From positions 32,001 to 96,000 of the forward strand of contig JAVJSW010000049.1 in assembly GCA_040219255.1 (NCBI GenBank): a DNA stretch of 64,000 bases, read 5' to 3'. The stretch comes from Sumerlaeia bacterium (GTDB taxonomy: Bacteria > Sumerlaeota > Sumerlaeia > SLMS01 > JAHLLQ01). Each line of letters opens with the position of its first letter. Within the stretch, counting starts at the first letter, position 1. Shown piece after piece: positions 29,931 through 39,481 of the stretch. The notes below the pieces were generated by a model. The model worked only from the letters and a program-made list of their open reading frames with translations. It searched no databases and was not told the DNA's origin. The position numbers and the translations under genes are program-made.

Positions 29931-30908
29931 GTGATGGGGAGCCTGTCTAGAATAATTCCTAGTCCATGGATGGCAGCATTTCTTGCATTGGGATTGGTTT
30001 TTTGCTACAATTCCGCGGCTATTGCGTCCGATTCAACGGTTGTAGATTGGAAAATGGATGCCGCATGTGAGAACGACTTTTCTTCTTTCTTGGCAGATGA
30101 GGATGTTAGAAACGCCCTCAATGAACGGTATTCGCAAATAGAAGAATTACTTCTTGAGTTTGAAGGCGACAAATTGCCGATCAAGGTGTGGTTTCAGAAG
30201 TCGGTCTGTATGGATTTGGAAAAGCTCAACATCAACTTTTCAAGAGTTGATCGGGAACAATTTCCCAGTTTTTCGGCCTTCATTAGATGGAGCAATGATG
30301 CATTCGTCGGCGAAGCTACGGAGAGTATCAATACCGTCATGAGAGAAGGTATTACCCTGCAGAGCGCAGAAACTGACATCGAGGACTTCACGGTGTTTGC
30401 CGCAGCAGTCAGGGACTTGCTCCGTAACCATTGGTGCAAGGGTGAGAATTTGTACATTTGGAGAGAGAGGTTGTCTCCGCAAGTTTCAGCTGCTGCGGAC
30501 GAATATGGGAATGTTGTGTCAGGCGGTTTGGCTCATGAAGAGTACGACGCACTTGTCGGCCAATTGGTAGAGTTTGACCTAGGGATTCAACTAAAGGCCC
30601 AGGTACAATCACTAGTGAAAGTATATTCTGATGATAGGCTAAATATATTTACAACGGGGCTGTACTACCGCCGTTCCTATGACGAAGATCCACTAGAAGT
30701 CTATAATTCGTACGTGAAAGGCTGTTTGGACTGTCGCATTTTTCATGCGGAAATCTCGAAGCACCTGAATGGGTTTTATCTTTACCCGGTTTTCGATGCA
30801 TTCACATTTGGAAAAACTCGGAAAGTTCACAGAGTTTCTTCGGCGTCGCTGAATGACCCTGCGTCTGATAGTCTCATCCCCTTTGATGTCGATGAGTACT
30901 GCGATTAA
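29931..30908 (+). CDS. Exported hypothetical protein (low GC), possible partner of 28824..29930
   Basis: Starts immediately after the upstream stop; signal peptide AAFLALGLVFCYNSAAIA; acidic, 325 aa. Confidence 0.7.
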   Translation: MMGSLSRIIPSPWMAAFLALGLVFCYNSAAIASDSTVVDWKMDAACENDFSSFLADEDVRNALNERYSQIEELLLEFEGDKLPIKVWFQKSVCMDLEKLNINFSRVDREQFPSFSAFIRWSNDAFVGEATESINTVMREGITLQSAETDIEDFTVFAAAVRDLLRNHWCKGENLYIWRERLSPQVSAAADEYGNVVSGGLAHEEYDALVGQLVEFDLGIQLKAQVQSLVKVYSDDRLNIFTTGLYYRRSYDEDPLEVYNSYVKGCLDCRIFHAEISKHLNGFYLYPVFDAFTFGKTRKVHRVSSASLNDPASDSLIPFDVDEYCD

Positions 30909-31082
30909 GCAATTCTACTCGGCTGGCTCTTATGGAGGACAAATTGAACTGCCGCGAGGCATAGGATTTTCCCCATTGCCCCCGCCCGCCCCTTCCCCTT
31001 CCCTGTCAGGCGCAATCCCTGACGGAGCGTTTGCCTCGTGCGATTTCCCAGTGAGTTGTGGGCCTGCGGCGAGCAGGCTCGC

Positions 31083-31436
31083 ATGGCGTCCAGCCTGGCC
31101 GAGTTGATGGCCGCCGAGCCGTTGATCCTGACGGATCGGCTGACGAATTCGATCTATTTCAATCCCCCGGCGGAAGCCCTCTTCGGCGCCACCGGCGAGG
31201 AGTTGGTGAACCGCGTGACGTTCTCGCTGCTGGGGATGGACGGCGGCGCGCAGCCGCCCCCGCCCGCCATGGTGGCGGCGCTGCTGGGCGAGGCGGGGCC
31301 GTGGAAGGCGCTGCTGCACCTGCCCGCCGAGGGGGGGGCGCGCACCGTCATCTGCGAAGCGTCGGCGGTCAAGGACCGCACCGGCGAGCTGATTTGCGGC
31401 GTGATCCGTCTGAGCCCAAAGGAGGTCGCGCGATGA
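31083..31436 (+). CDS. Stand-alone PAS-domain protein
   Basis: LILTD...IYFNPPAEALFG...ELVN; ATGA overlap with purN. Confidence 0.7.
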   Translation: MASSLAELMAAEPLILTDRLTNSIYFNPPAEALFGATGEELVNRVTFSLLGMDGGAQPPPPAMVAALLGEAGPWKALLHLPAEGGARTVICEASAVKDRTGELICGVIRLSPKEVAR

Positions 31437-32068
31437 AAATCGGCGTTCTGATTTCCGGCCGCGGATCGAACCTTGAGGCGCTCCTCAAGGCCAAAAAGCG
31501 CGGGCAGCTCGAGGCGGCGGAGTTCGTCCTGGTCGTCAGCAACAACCCGGACGCGCCGGGTCTGGAACGCGCCCGCGAGCGCGGCATCCCAACGCTGGTG
31601 CTGGATCATCGCAGCCACCGCACGCCCGATGACCGCCTGGATCGCGCAGGCCATGAAGCCGCCGTGGTCGATGCGCTGCGCGAGGCGGGCGCCGACGCCG
31701 TCGTCCTGGCCGGCTGGATGCGCATCGTGGGCGAGCGCCTGCTTGCCGCCTTTCCCGGCGCCATCATCAACATTCACCCCTCCCTTCTGCCCAGCTTCCC
31801 CGGCCTCCACGCCCAGCGCCAGGCCCTCGACCACGGCGTCAAGGTCACCGGCTGCACTGTGCATTTCGTGGACGACGGCATGGATACGGGCCCGATCATC
31901 GTGCAGCGCGCGGTGCCGATTCTGGAGACGGACGACGAGGCGAGCCTCTCGACCCGTCTCCTGCGCGAGGAGCACGGCGCCATCGTCGAGGCGGTGGACC
32001 TGTGGTCTCAGGGGCGGCTGGCCATCGAAGGCCGCCGCGTGCGCGTGCGATCATTAAGAACCGGCTGA
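31433..32068 (+). CDS. purN: Phosphoribosylglycinamide formyltransferase
   Basis: ISGRGSNL; LAGWMRI; NIHPSLLPSFPG; GCTVHFVDDGMDTGPII. Confidence 0.96.
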   Translation: MKIGVLISGRGSNLEALLKAKKRGQLEAAEFVLVVSNNPDAPGLERARERGIPTLVLDHRSHRTPDDRLDRAGHEAAVVDALREAGADAVVLAGWMRIVGERLLAAFPGAIINIHPSLLPSFPGLHAQRQALDHGVKVTGCTVHFVDDGMDTGPIIVQRAVPILETDDEASLSTRLLREEHGAIVEAVDLWSQGRLAIEGRRVRVRSLRTG

Positions 32069-33202
32069 TTCGACGCGCCGGTACACGGCGAGGGTGCCCT
32101 CGACCATGCGGCCGGTGCTGAAGCGCTCGCGAACGGTCGCCGGTCCGGCTTGGGCAAAGGCTTCGCGGCGGGCGGGATCTTGCCAGAGAGCCGCCAACGC
32201 CTCGGCCAGCGGCCCCGGAGCCCGCGGCGGCACCAGGACGCCATTCTCCCCGTCGCGCACGATGTCTGGAATGCCGCCGGTGCGCGCCGCTACGCACGGC
32301 AGGCCCACCGCCATGGCGTCCAGCAGCGCCGTCCCTAGGCCTTCCAGCTTGCTCGGCAACACGAACAGGTCGAAGGCCGCGAGGTGCTCGGCCACGTCCT
32401 CGCGCCACCCTGTCAGCCGCACCCGCTCGCCGAGACCGAGGGCCGCGATGCGCGTCTCCATGTCGGGGCGCAGCTCGCCCTCACCGACAAAGACGACGCG
32501 CGCCCCCGGCAGGCGTTCGATCAGCGCGGGCACGGCTTCGATCAGGTTCAGCGGGTCCTTGTGATCGACATAGGCGCCGACGGTTCCGATCACCGGACCC
32601 GGCTCCTCGACGCCCCACGCGGCGCGCAGGCGCTCGCGGACGGCGGCTCGGGCGTCGCCCGCGAGCACAAAACGCCCGGGATCGACTCCGCTGGGCACGA
32701 GGGTGATGCGTTCTGGCGCGACGCCCCCGGCGCGCAGCTCGGCCGCGATGGCTTCGCTGATGGCGATGTAGTGCAGGTTTCCCGCCCCATATTTTCGCCG
32801 CGACGCCCAGTTGGTCTTGATCGGAAAATCCACCCGCCGCGTCACCACGACGTCCGATCGGCCGCGGGAAGCCTTCAGCGCCAGCGCATGCCCCGCGCCC
32901 GTGTGGGCGTGCAGGATATAGCCCTCATAATGCGCCAGACGATGCACCGCCCACTCGGCTCGCGGGTCCCAAAGCCGCCACGGCGGCACCTCCAGCACGT
33001 CGAATCCCTCGGCGCCTGCGCGCCGTGCCAGTTCACCGCCCCGGCGCGCGGCCAACAACTGGCGGATCGGTTCGCCAGTCTCGGCCCGCGCGCGCAAGCC
33101 CCGCATCAACGCCATGACCTGACCCTCGCCACCGCGAAAACCCTTCTCGGTGTCGATGTGCAGGATGCGCAGTTCGGGGCGGTTCAAAGCGGGAGGGGGC
33201 AC
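32054..33202 (-). CDS. GT4-family glycosyltransferase
   Basis: FRGGEGQ; TRRVDF; DLFVLPSKLEGLGTALLDAMAVG. Confidence 0.9.
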   Translation of the reverse strand: MPPPALNRPELRILHIDTEKGFRGGEGQVMALMRGLRARAETGEPIRQLLAARRGGELARRAGAEGFDVLEVPPWRLWDPRAEWAVHRLAHYEGYILHAHTGAGHALALKASRGRSDVVVTRRVDFPIKTNWASRRKYGAGNLHYIAISEAIAAELRAGGVAPERITLVPSGVDPGRFVLAGDARAAVRERLRAAWGVEEPGPVIGTVGAYVDHKDPLNLIEAVPALIERLPGARVVFVGEGELRPDMETRIAALGLGERVRLTGWREDVAEHLAAFDLFVLPSKLEGLGTALLDAMAVGLPCVAARTGGIPDIVRDGENGVLVPPRAPGPLAEALAALWQDPARREAFAQAGPATVRERFSTGRMVEGTLAVYRRVESAGS

Positions 33203-33220
33203 AAGCGGAGTACTTAAGAG

Positions 33221-33251
33221 CGATGGCGCGGACAGAACGCCCGCGCCATCG
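33221..33251 (-). terminator. GC-rich hairpin downstream of the secretin gene
   Basis: CGATGGCGCGG (33221-33231) pairs with CCGCGCCATCG (33241-33251); no clear U-tract. Confidence 0.4.
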
Positions 33252-33286
33252 AAGAATAGCCTCAGGTGCTTTCCGGGGGGAAAGGT

Positions 33287-35536
33287 TTAGTAGCGGGTTT
33301 CCGACGGCGGGGGCAGGACCGGCTGCGAAGGACGGGCGCCACCGCCTCCATCGGTCGGCGAAGGCCGGCGGGTTTCTTCCTCGCGGTCCCTTTCCGAACC
33401 GGGTTCGGCGGGGCGGTCCTGACCGCCACGGGTGCGGACGGGAGCCTCGCCGCCGCCGCCGCGATTGCCACCGCCACCGCCAATGGAGGCGCTGCCGCCG
33501 GTCGCCTGCGGCCGGAAGTTCGAATCGCGGCCCGCGCCGGCGGCCGGCTGGCGCACTTCGCGGGTCACGCCCAACTGCTCGAGTTCGCCCGCCACCCCGG
33601 CGCCTTCCGCGCCAGACATCAAGTCCGACGGATCGAAATCGAAGTCCCCAGCCTCGATGTCCTCCAGGCTGATGTCTTCATCCGCGGCGGGCGCATAGCT
33701 CTCCGTGTTCTCCGCATAGTTCGTCACCATGCGGCCCCGTCGGCCGTCTTCGTTGATCTGGCGGGGGATGGTGTCTTCCACGATGGTCGGGGTGATGAAG
33801 ATTTGGAGTTGAGTTCTATTGGTCGTGGTGGAGCGCGAACCGAAAACCGGCCCCACAACGGGCAGGCTCGAAAGGAATGGCAAGCCGCCGTTTGTCTCCG
33901 CGTCCGAGTTCGTGATCAAACCACCGATCACGCGCGTCTGTCCCGAGGGAATCGTCAAGATCGTTTCCAGCGTTTGCGTATCGCTTCGGATCAGAGTGAA
34001 TTCCTCGCCGTCAGCCAACCGAGTGACCGGCTGGGCATCGTCGTTGTCGATCTGCAAGTCCAGCTCGATCAGATAGCTGTTGGAAATCGAGGGGGTCACT
34101 TCGAAAGTCAAACCGTCGCGCACCGTCTGCTGGGTTTGTGTGCGGAAATTGTTCACGTTGTTTGTATCGGTGATCGTCGAAAGGAACGGTTCCTCCGAAC
34201 CGACGCGAATTCGCGAGGCTTCCTGATTCTTCACCAGCAGGCGCGGCTGGAGAAGAGTCTTCGTGTTGGTGTCTTCAAAGGAGGCTTGATACTCGATGAA
34301 AGCTTCGTCGCCCAAGTAAGCGCCAGCAAGCTGGTTGCCGCTCAGCGCCAGGTAAGGAAAGGTCGACGCCAATTCCCGGAATCCCATGCCGTCATCGTCA
34401 TCATCGATGGTTCCGACGGGATTTCGGGGACCAACCCGCGTGCCAGCCGCGTCCGGTGGATTGATAAACGGATCGCCCGAGATCGCAGCCTGCTGAAGCC
34501 CGATGTTGAAGCCACGATTGAACGTCGTCTGCAAGATCTCGGCTTGGATCAGCACCTGCTTCACCGGACGGTCGAAACCAGCCAGGATCTGCTCCACGCG
34601 CTCGTGGACCTCGGGCACGTCTTCCAGGATGAAGACACCCTGCTTGTCATTGATTTCAAACAGCAGGTCCGGCGTGCGGATGGTCTCGATGATCTCCTGC
34701 AACTGCTCCAGGTCCTCGCCGTCGATGCCGATGTTGTTCACATCGTAGATGACGATTTCCGGACCCACGTCCAGGATGTCGATCAGCAGCTCCATCTTCT
34801 TGATGTTGCTCAGCAGGTCCGTCACAATGATCTGGTGGGTTTTCGGGTCCACCTCGATGGTACCCGGGTCGCTCTTGTAGGTTTCGATTTTCTGGGCGAT
34901 GTCCTCCACGTCGGCGTAGCGCAGGTAGAAGACGCGGGTAAAGAGCTGGACGTCGATTTCACGGATCAGGCGCTCGATGCGCTCGATCACGTCGGGCAGA
35001 TCGCTGACGATGATTTTGTTCGTGCGGTTGTCGCTCGTGATGCTGCCGATGTCGCGGGTCAGGGCGGGTCGGATCGCCTGCTCCAACTCCGCCGCGTTCA
35101 CATGATCGGGGCGGAAAATCTTCGTGATGACTTTGTTCGGCAGGATATTCTGGCGGTACCATTGCTCATCGGCGATGCCGAATGTGCCGTCGTCCTGCTT
35201 GAACCACACCAGATTGTTCGGCGTGGCAAGACTCGTCAGTGCTTCCTCCAGGGTGGCGTCCGGTTTGAAAATCGAGACCCGCTGGCCAACCGCGCGGCCA
35301 AAGGCCGAGATGCTGGTGTCGGCCTGATTCCCGAGGACCTGCAGCACGATTTCGATCTTGGCGTCGTTGAACACCGCCTTCACTTTGCGGTCGCCGGGGT
35401 TTTCGGCCATTTCCTGGGCCCGGGCGGTGCCCGGCAGGCCGAGGGCCGCCGCCACCAGCAACGCCCACAGCACCGGCCACAGGGCCGCGGCGGGGCGGGA
35501 GAGGATTGAACGAAGGGGGGTGATCAACGTGGTCAT
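33287..35536 (-). CDS. Secretin (GspD/PilQ family)
   Basis: N0 and KH-like N domains (DNRTNKIIVSD...IERLIREID); DRPVKQVLIQAEI; PRLLVKNQEASRIRVG; GLPFLSSLPVVG...TQLQIFITPTIV; start uncertain. Confidence 0.92.
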   Translation of the reverse strand: MTTLITPLRSILSRPAAALWPVLWALLVAAALGLPGTARAQEMAENPGDRKVKAVFNDAKIEIVLQVLGNQADTSISAFGRAVGQRVSIFKPDATLEEALTSLATPNNLVWFKQDDGTFGIADEQWYRQNILPNKVITKIFRPDHVNAAELEQAIRPALTRDIGSITSDNRTNKIIVSDLPDVIERIERLIREIDVQLFTRVFYLRYADVEDIAQKIETYKSDPGTIEVDPKTHQIIVTDLLSNIKKMELLIDILDVGPEIVIYDVNNIGIDGEDLEQLQEIIETIRTPDLLFEINDKQGVFILEDVPEVHERVEQILAGFDRPVKQVLIQAEILQTTFNRGFNIGLQQAAISGDPFINPPDAAGTRVGPRNPVGTIDDDDDGMGFRELASTFPYLALSGNQLAGAYLGDEAFIEYQASFEDTNTKTLLQPRLLVKNQEASRIRVGSEEPFLSTITDTNNVNNFRTQTQQTVRDGLTFEVTPSISNSYLIELDLQIDNDDAQPVTRLADGEEFTLIRSDTQTLETILTIPSGQTRVIGGLITNSDAETNGGLPFLSSLPVVGPVFGSRSTTTNRTQLQIFITPTIVEDTIPRQINEDGRRGRMVTNYAENTESYAPAADEDISLEDIEAGDFDFDPSDLMSGAEGAGVAGELEQLGVTREVRQPAAGAGRDSNFRPQATGGSASIGGGGGNRGGGGEAPVRTRGGQDRPAEPGSERDREEETRRPSPTDGGGGARPSQPVLPPPSETRY

Positions 35537-35707
35537 GAGTCTCGGGGGCTCCATGGCTCCGGGTTCGGGTCGCGTCGCGTGGTTGGTTTCAACCGGTTCG
35601 CACCTGAGGCAGGGTTTCAGGCTTTCGCCGATCATGAGGCGAGGTGTCACGCGGAAAGTTCCAGCGGCAAAGGGAGAGTGCTCAGGCGGGGTCTTCAAAA
35701 CGGGGGC

Positions 35708-36640
35708 TCAATTCACGGGGAGGGGTTGGTCGAGGGTTTGGATGAGGGCGGTGATGTTTTCCAACTCTTCGATAGAATAGGCATGAACGATCAATTTTCG
35801 TTTTTCATCCAGCGCGGTGGCATCCACACTGTCGGGAGCCGAGATAGACAAAATGGCTCGAGCCAGGTCCGAAGGTTTCTCATGTTCAAGGCGGAAGACG
35901 CGGATCGGTCCTCCATGGACGCAGAATTGATGTCGTTGAAACCACATGTTCGTGGAAACATGATATCCACGCTCCTCGCAACCTAACCACCTCCAATCAT
36001 GTGGAGCGCACAAGGTGTCGAGGGCTCCTTGCAAGGTTTCCGTGGTCAGAACCAAATTCACATGGACGTCGGCTTTTGCCAAGTGACCTATAGGACGAAT
36101 GTCCGTTGCATAACGATTGGAAAGTATCTCGAGTACATCCCTCAACGGAACCTTTCGAAGGATCGTCAATTTCGATGCGATCTCCGGCGTCAACACACGT
36201 CCAGGGCCAGAACTCTCGTAGAGTGATTTCAATTCTTCCGGTGACGGTAGGTCGGCTGCCCCACTTCGCCGTCTGCTCTCAATCCACGTTCGATCGGAAT
36301 AGAAGTATCCGCCATAGAAGTTCTTCTCCCAACTCCCATCGGTCTGGTCGGCGAGAAGAGACAGCACGCTTTCGAGCGCGGGGGTCGTGAGCTGGTCCTC
36401 GGACTCGAGCGAGAAACTAACCGGCAGCGTCAACTCGACCAGTCCCGAAGGGCAGACGCTGATCCCAGATGCTTTCGATAGAATCGCCAAAGCCTCACGA
36501 ACCGGCACATCACGATACACCGTCCGCGAAGTCACGGCTTCCTCTCTGATTGGCGAAGAGATCGCCCGACCCGCAGGCGCCCCGGCTAAAGCCAATGGCG
36601 CCAACGAAAGACAAAGGTAAAGTAGAGCTGGTCGGAACAT
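35708..36640 (-). CDS. Exported protein made only of secretin N-terminal domains (N0-N0-N1), lower GC
   Basis: Signal peptide; two repeats VP(V/L)R..L.ILS...L...L..L....W; RVFRLEHEKPSDL...RKLIV...ITALIQTLDQP; no secretin barrel. Confidence 0.7.
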   Translation of the reverse strand: MFRPALLYLCLSLAPLALAGAPAGRAISSPIREEAVTSRTVYRDVPVREALAILSKASGISVCPSGLVELTLPVSFSLESEDQLTTPALESVLSLLADQTDGSWEKNFYGGYFYSDRTWIESRRRSGAADLPSPEELKSLYESSGPGRVLTPEIASKLTILRKVPLRDVLEILSNRYATDIRPIGHLAKADVHVNLVLTTETLQGALDTLCAPHDWRWLGCEERGYHVSTNMWFQRHQFCVHGGPIRVFRLEHEKPSDLARAILSISAPDSVDATALDEKRKLIVHAYSIEELENITALIQTLDQPLPVN

Positions 36641-36710
36641 CGGTCACGCTCGCGAAGAGGAGGTATGCGGGAGTCCGGGAGGGCCAAACGCGGGCCAACT
36701 CCACCGCCCC

Positions 36711-37274
36711 CTACGACGGCGCCGCGGCCGCTTCCCCCACGTCCTCCTCCACCGCCAGATCCAACGCCTCCACCACCGGCTTCAGCCGCTGCAAAACCCG
36801 CCGCTCATCGTAGATCAGCAGGCGGTTGCCCTCCTCGTCCACGACGATGCGGCCGTGGGCGCGCGAGAGGTGCGGGGCGATGAGCGGAATCAGTTCGCTG
36901 GCGGGGCGGTGCTCGAGCTGGAGCACCATCGGCCGGGGGCGGTCGCCCAGCATTTCGCGGTCGTAAAACGCATGGTCGCAGAGGACGAAATCGCCTCCGT
37001 CCCGCCGGAACCACACCCATTCGTTTTTCGCCGCGATTTCCGAGAGGGCGTTCTCCAGCGTCGAACTCGTCGCCCGCAGGCTCACCCGCGCCGCCGTCAC
37101 TTCACCCTCCGCCACGATCCGTTCGCGAAAACCATAGCCCAACGCCGTCAGCACCACCGTGGCGGGCGCGTCATGGAACGCCAGCGTGATCGGCCGGCTC
37201 GTGGCGATGTCCGCCGAACCCGCGCACGCGGGCGACACAAGGAGGCTGAGAAGAGCAAGCACCACATACCGCAT
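36711..37274 (-). CDS. Exported protein made only of secretin N0-N1 domains
   Basis: Signal peptide; FHDAPATVVL...TLENAL...WVWFRRDGGDF; LEHRPASEL...DEEGNRLLIYD...VVEALD aligns with the neighbouring secretin N-terminus. Confidence 0.75.
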   Translation of the reverse strand: MRYVVLALLSLLVSPACAGSADIATSRPITLAFHDAPATVVLTALGYGFRERIVAEGEVTAARVSLRATSSTLENALSEIAAKNEWVWFRRDGGDFVLCDHAFYDREMLGDRPRPMVLQLEHRPASELIPLIAPHLSRAHGRIVVDEEGNRLLIYDERRVLQRLKPVVEALDLAVEEDVGEAAAAPS

Positions 37275-37499
37275 GATTTCGAAAACCCCAGGTGGCCTGA
37301 CTGCGGAGGGTGGCAGAAGTAGGCGTCGTCTTCAAGGGAAATGACTGACAAAACGCATTGGGAGTTACAAACACGAGTTGCGAAATCATTGCTTTAGGAT
37401 TTTTTTGACCATTCGATAAATGGCGAAAGGGATTGTGATACTCGTCCAAACCTGGAATCCTCCGCGTTTAAGACGACTCCCTGGGTGAAGGCCACGAGA

Positions 37500-39323
37500 A
37501 TGAAGGGCGCCACGCTCTTACTTTCAACCCTATTTTTGATTGTGGGACGGATGAGCCTTTTCGCCGCCACCCCGCTCTTCCACGATGCCACCACCTCCCT
37601 CGGCATCACCCACAGCCACCAGTCCGAATCCATCCCCGGCGACCCCACCGCCAACGTCCAGTGGATGACCGGCGGCGTCGCCGCCGAGGACTTCGACGGC
37701 GACGGCTGGATCGACCTGTACGTGCTCCAGGCGGCCGAGGCAGGCAAGAACCTCTACTATCGCAACCGGGGCGATGGCGCCTTTGTCGAGGAAGGCCGCG
37801 CCCGGGGCGTGGATGTCGCTGGCCGCTCCTTTGGCGTGGTGGCCGGCGATTACGACAGCGACGGCGACATCGACCTGTTCGTCAGTTTCTGGACCGCCCC
37901 CCACATGTTGCTCATCAACGATGGCCTCGGTCAGTTCCGGCGCCGCACCCTTTCCGGCCCGCAAGGCATCGAGCACTTCAACGTGATGAGCCCATCGTGG
38001 GGCGACATCGACAACGACGGCGACCTGGACCTGGCGCTGGGCCAATGGACCAGCCGCGAAACCGGCAACTTCTGGATCTACCGCAACCTTGGCGGGGGAG
38101 CCCTCGCCCCGCCCGCACCCCTGCGCGACTGGCAGACCACCCCCCAGTTCTACGTCTTCACCCCCCGCTTCGCCGACGTGAACAGCGATGGGTTCCAGGA
38201 TCTCCTGCTGGCCTGCGATTTCGAAAACTCCCAGCTCTGGCTCAACGACGGCACTGGCGAGTTCACCTACGCGGGCAAGGCCGCTGGCGTCGGCATTGAC
38301 CAGAACGGCATGGGCGCCGACGTGGCCGACCACGACAACGATGGCGACCTGGATTGGTTCGTAACCAGCATTTTCGTCCAGAACAGCCGGTTCGGAAACC
38401 GCCTTTACCGCAACCGGGGCAATGGCACCTTCCTCGATGTCACCGAACCGGCTGGCGCGGCGGATGGGTCATGGGGCTGGGGGGCCAGTTTCGGCGACCT
38501 CGACCTCGACGGCGACCTCGACCTCTTCCACGTCAACGGCTGGTCCACCGAACGATTCCTCGGCGACACCTGCCGCCTCTTCGTAAACCAGGGCAACGGG
38601 CGCTTCATCGAAGCCGCCGCCGCCGCCGGAGCCGCCGACCCGGGCCAGGGCCGGGGCATGGCCATGGCCGATTTCGACAACGATGGCGACCTGGATATCT
38701 ATGTGGCGAACAGCTTCATCATGACGCGCGAGCGAGGCATTATGCATCCCGCCCCGCCCGCCCTGCTGCGCAACGACTCACTGACCAGCGGCACCTGGCT
38801 CAAGGTGCACCTCGAAGGCCGCGCCCCAGTCCATCGCCAGGGCGTCGGTTCGCGCGTGCGGGTTCGCACCGGGGCCAGGACTCAACTGCGGGAACTCCAC
38901 GCCTCGTCGAACTTCCTGTCCTCCGGCCCGGGACGCATCGCCCACTTCGGGCTCAACGGCGAGATCGAAGCCGACGAGGTCCGCGCCGATTGGGTGGGCG
39001 GCGACACATCGATTTTCTACCGCGTGGCGGCCAATCAGGATCTTCTCATCGAGCAACCGGGCGCCGCACTTACCAGCCGCACCGTCCACGCTGGCACGCC
39101 CTTCGAAGCCACGTCCGGCAAGGCGGGCGATGGCCTCCTGCGAATGTGGACGGCGGCCGGCGAGAGCAAATCCGATCCCGCAACCTTCGTCTTTTCAGTC
39201 ACCGGACCGGCCACCCTGACCCTCGAAACGCGCAGCCCCGACGGCGCCACGCTCCTGAGCCGCGAGACCCTGCGGCTCACCGTCCTGCCGCCGGGCGACG
39301 GCGTGAAGTGGGTGGTGCGCTAA
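37500..39323 (+). CDS. CRTAC1/ASPIC-UnbV family FG-GAP repeat secreted protein
   Basis: Seven DxDxDGDxD-type repeats; WLKVHLEG...GVGSRVRV...AHFGL; ends GDGVKWVVR. Confidence 0.9.
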   Translation: MKGATLLLSTLFLIVGRMSLFAATPLFHDATTSLGITHSHQSESIPGDPTANVQWMTGGVAAEDFDGDGWIDLYVLQAAEAGKNLYYRNRGDGAFVEEGRARGVDVAGRSFGVVAGDYDSDGDIDLFVSFWTAPHMLLINDGLGQFRRRTLSGPQGIEHFNVMSPSWGDIDNDGDLDLALGQWTSRETGNFWIYRNLGGGALAPPAPLRDWQTTPQFYVFTPRFADVNSDGFQDLLLACDFENSQLWLNDGTGEFTYAGKAAGVGIDQNGMGADVADHDNDGDLDWFVTSIFVQNSRFGNRLYRNRGNGTFLDVTEPAGAADGSWGWGASFGDLDLDGDLDLFHVNGWSTERFLGDTCRLFVNQGNGRFIEAAAAAGAADPGQGRGMAMADFDNDGDLDIYVANSFIMTRERGIMHPAPPALLRNDSLTSGTWLKVHLEGRAPVHRQGVGSRVRVRTGARTQLRELHASSNFLSSGPGRIAHFGLNGEIEADEVRADWVGGDTSIFYRVAANQDLLIEQPGAALTSRTVHAGTPFEATSGKAGDGLLRMWTAAGESKSDPATFVFSVTGPATLTLETRSPDGATLLSRETLRLTVLPPGDGVKWVVR

Positions 39324-39481
39324 GGCGAAAAGATATTGCTTGCGCTCGAAAGGGATCACGGGAATAGATTTTTCCTGATCAGCAAATTTACCAGATGAAT
39401 TCATCAGGCCGCCTTTCTTCCAAGGGACGACCCTCATCCGAATTGCTCCCGGGGACATTGATTTCGCTCGAGAATGGCTCA

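Noticed and set aside
30910-31082. Possible ZTP or purine riboswitch upstream of purN
   Set aside because: Only a small GTCAGG/CCTGAC hairpin is present; I could not find the conserved aptamer motifs
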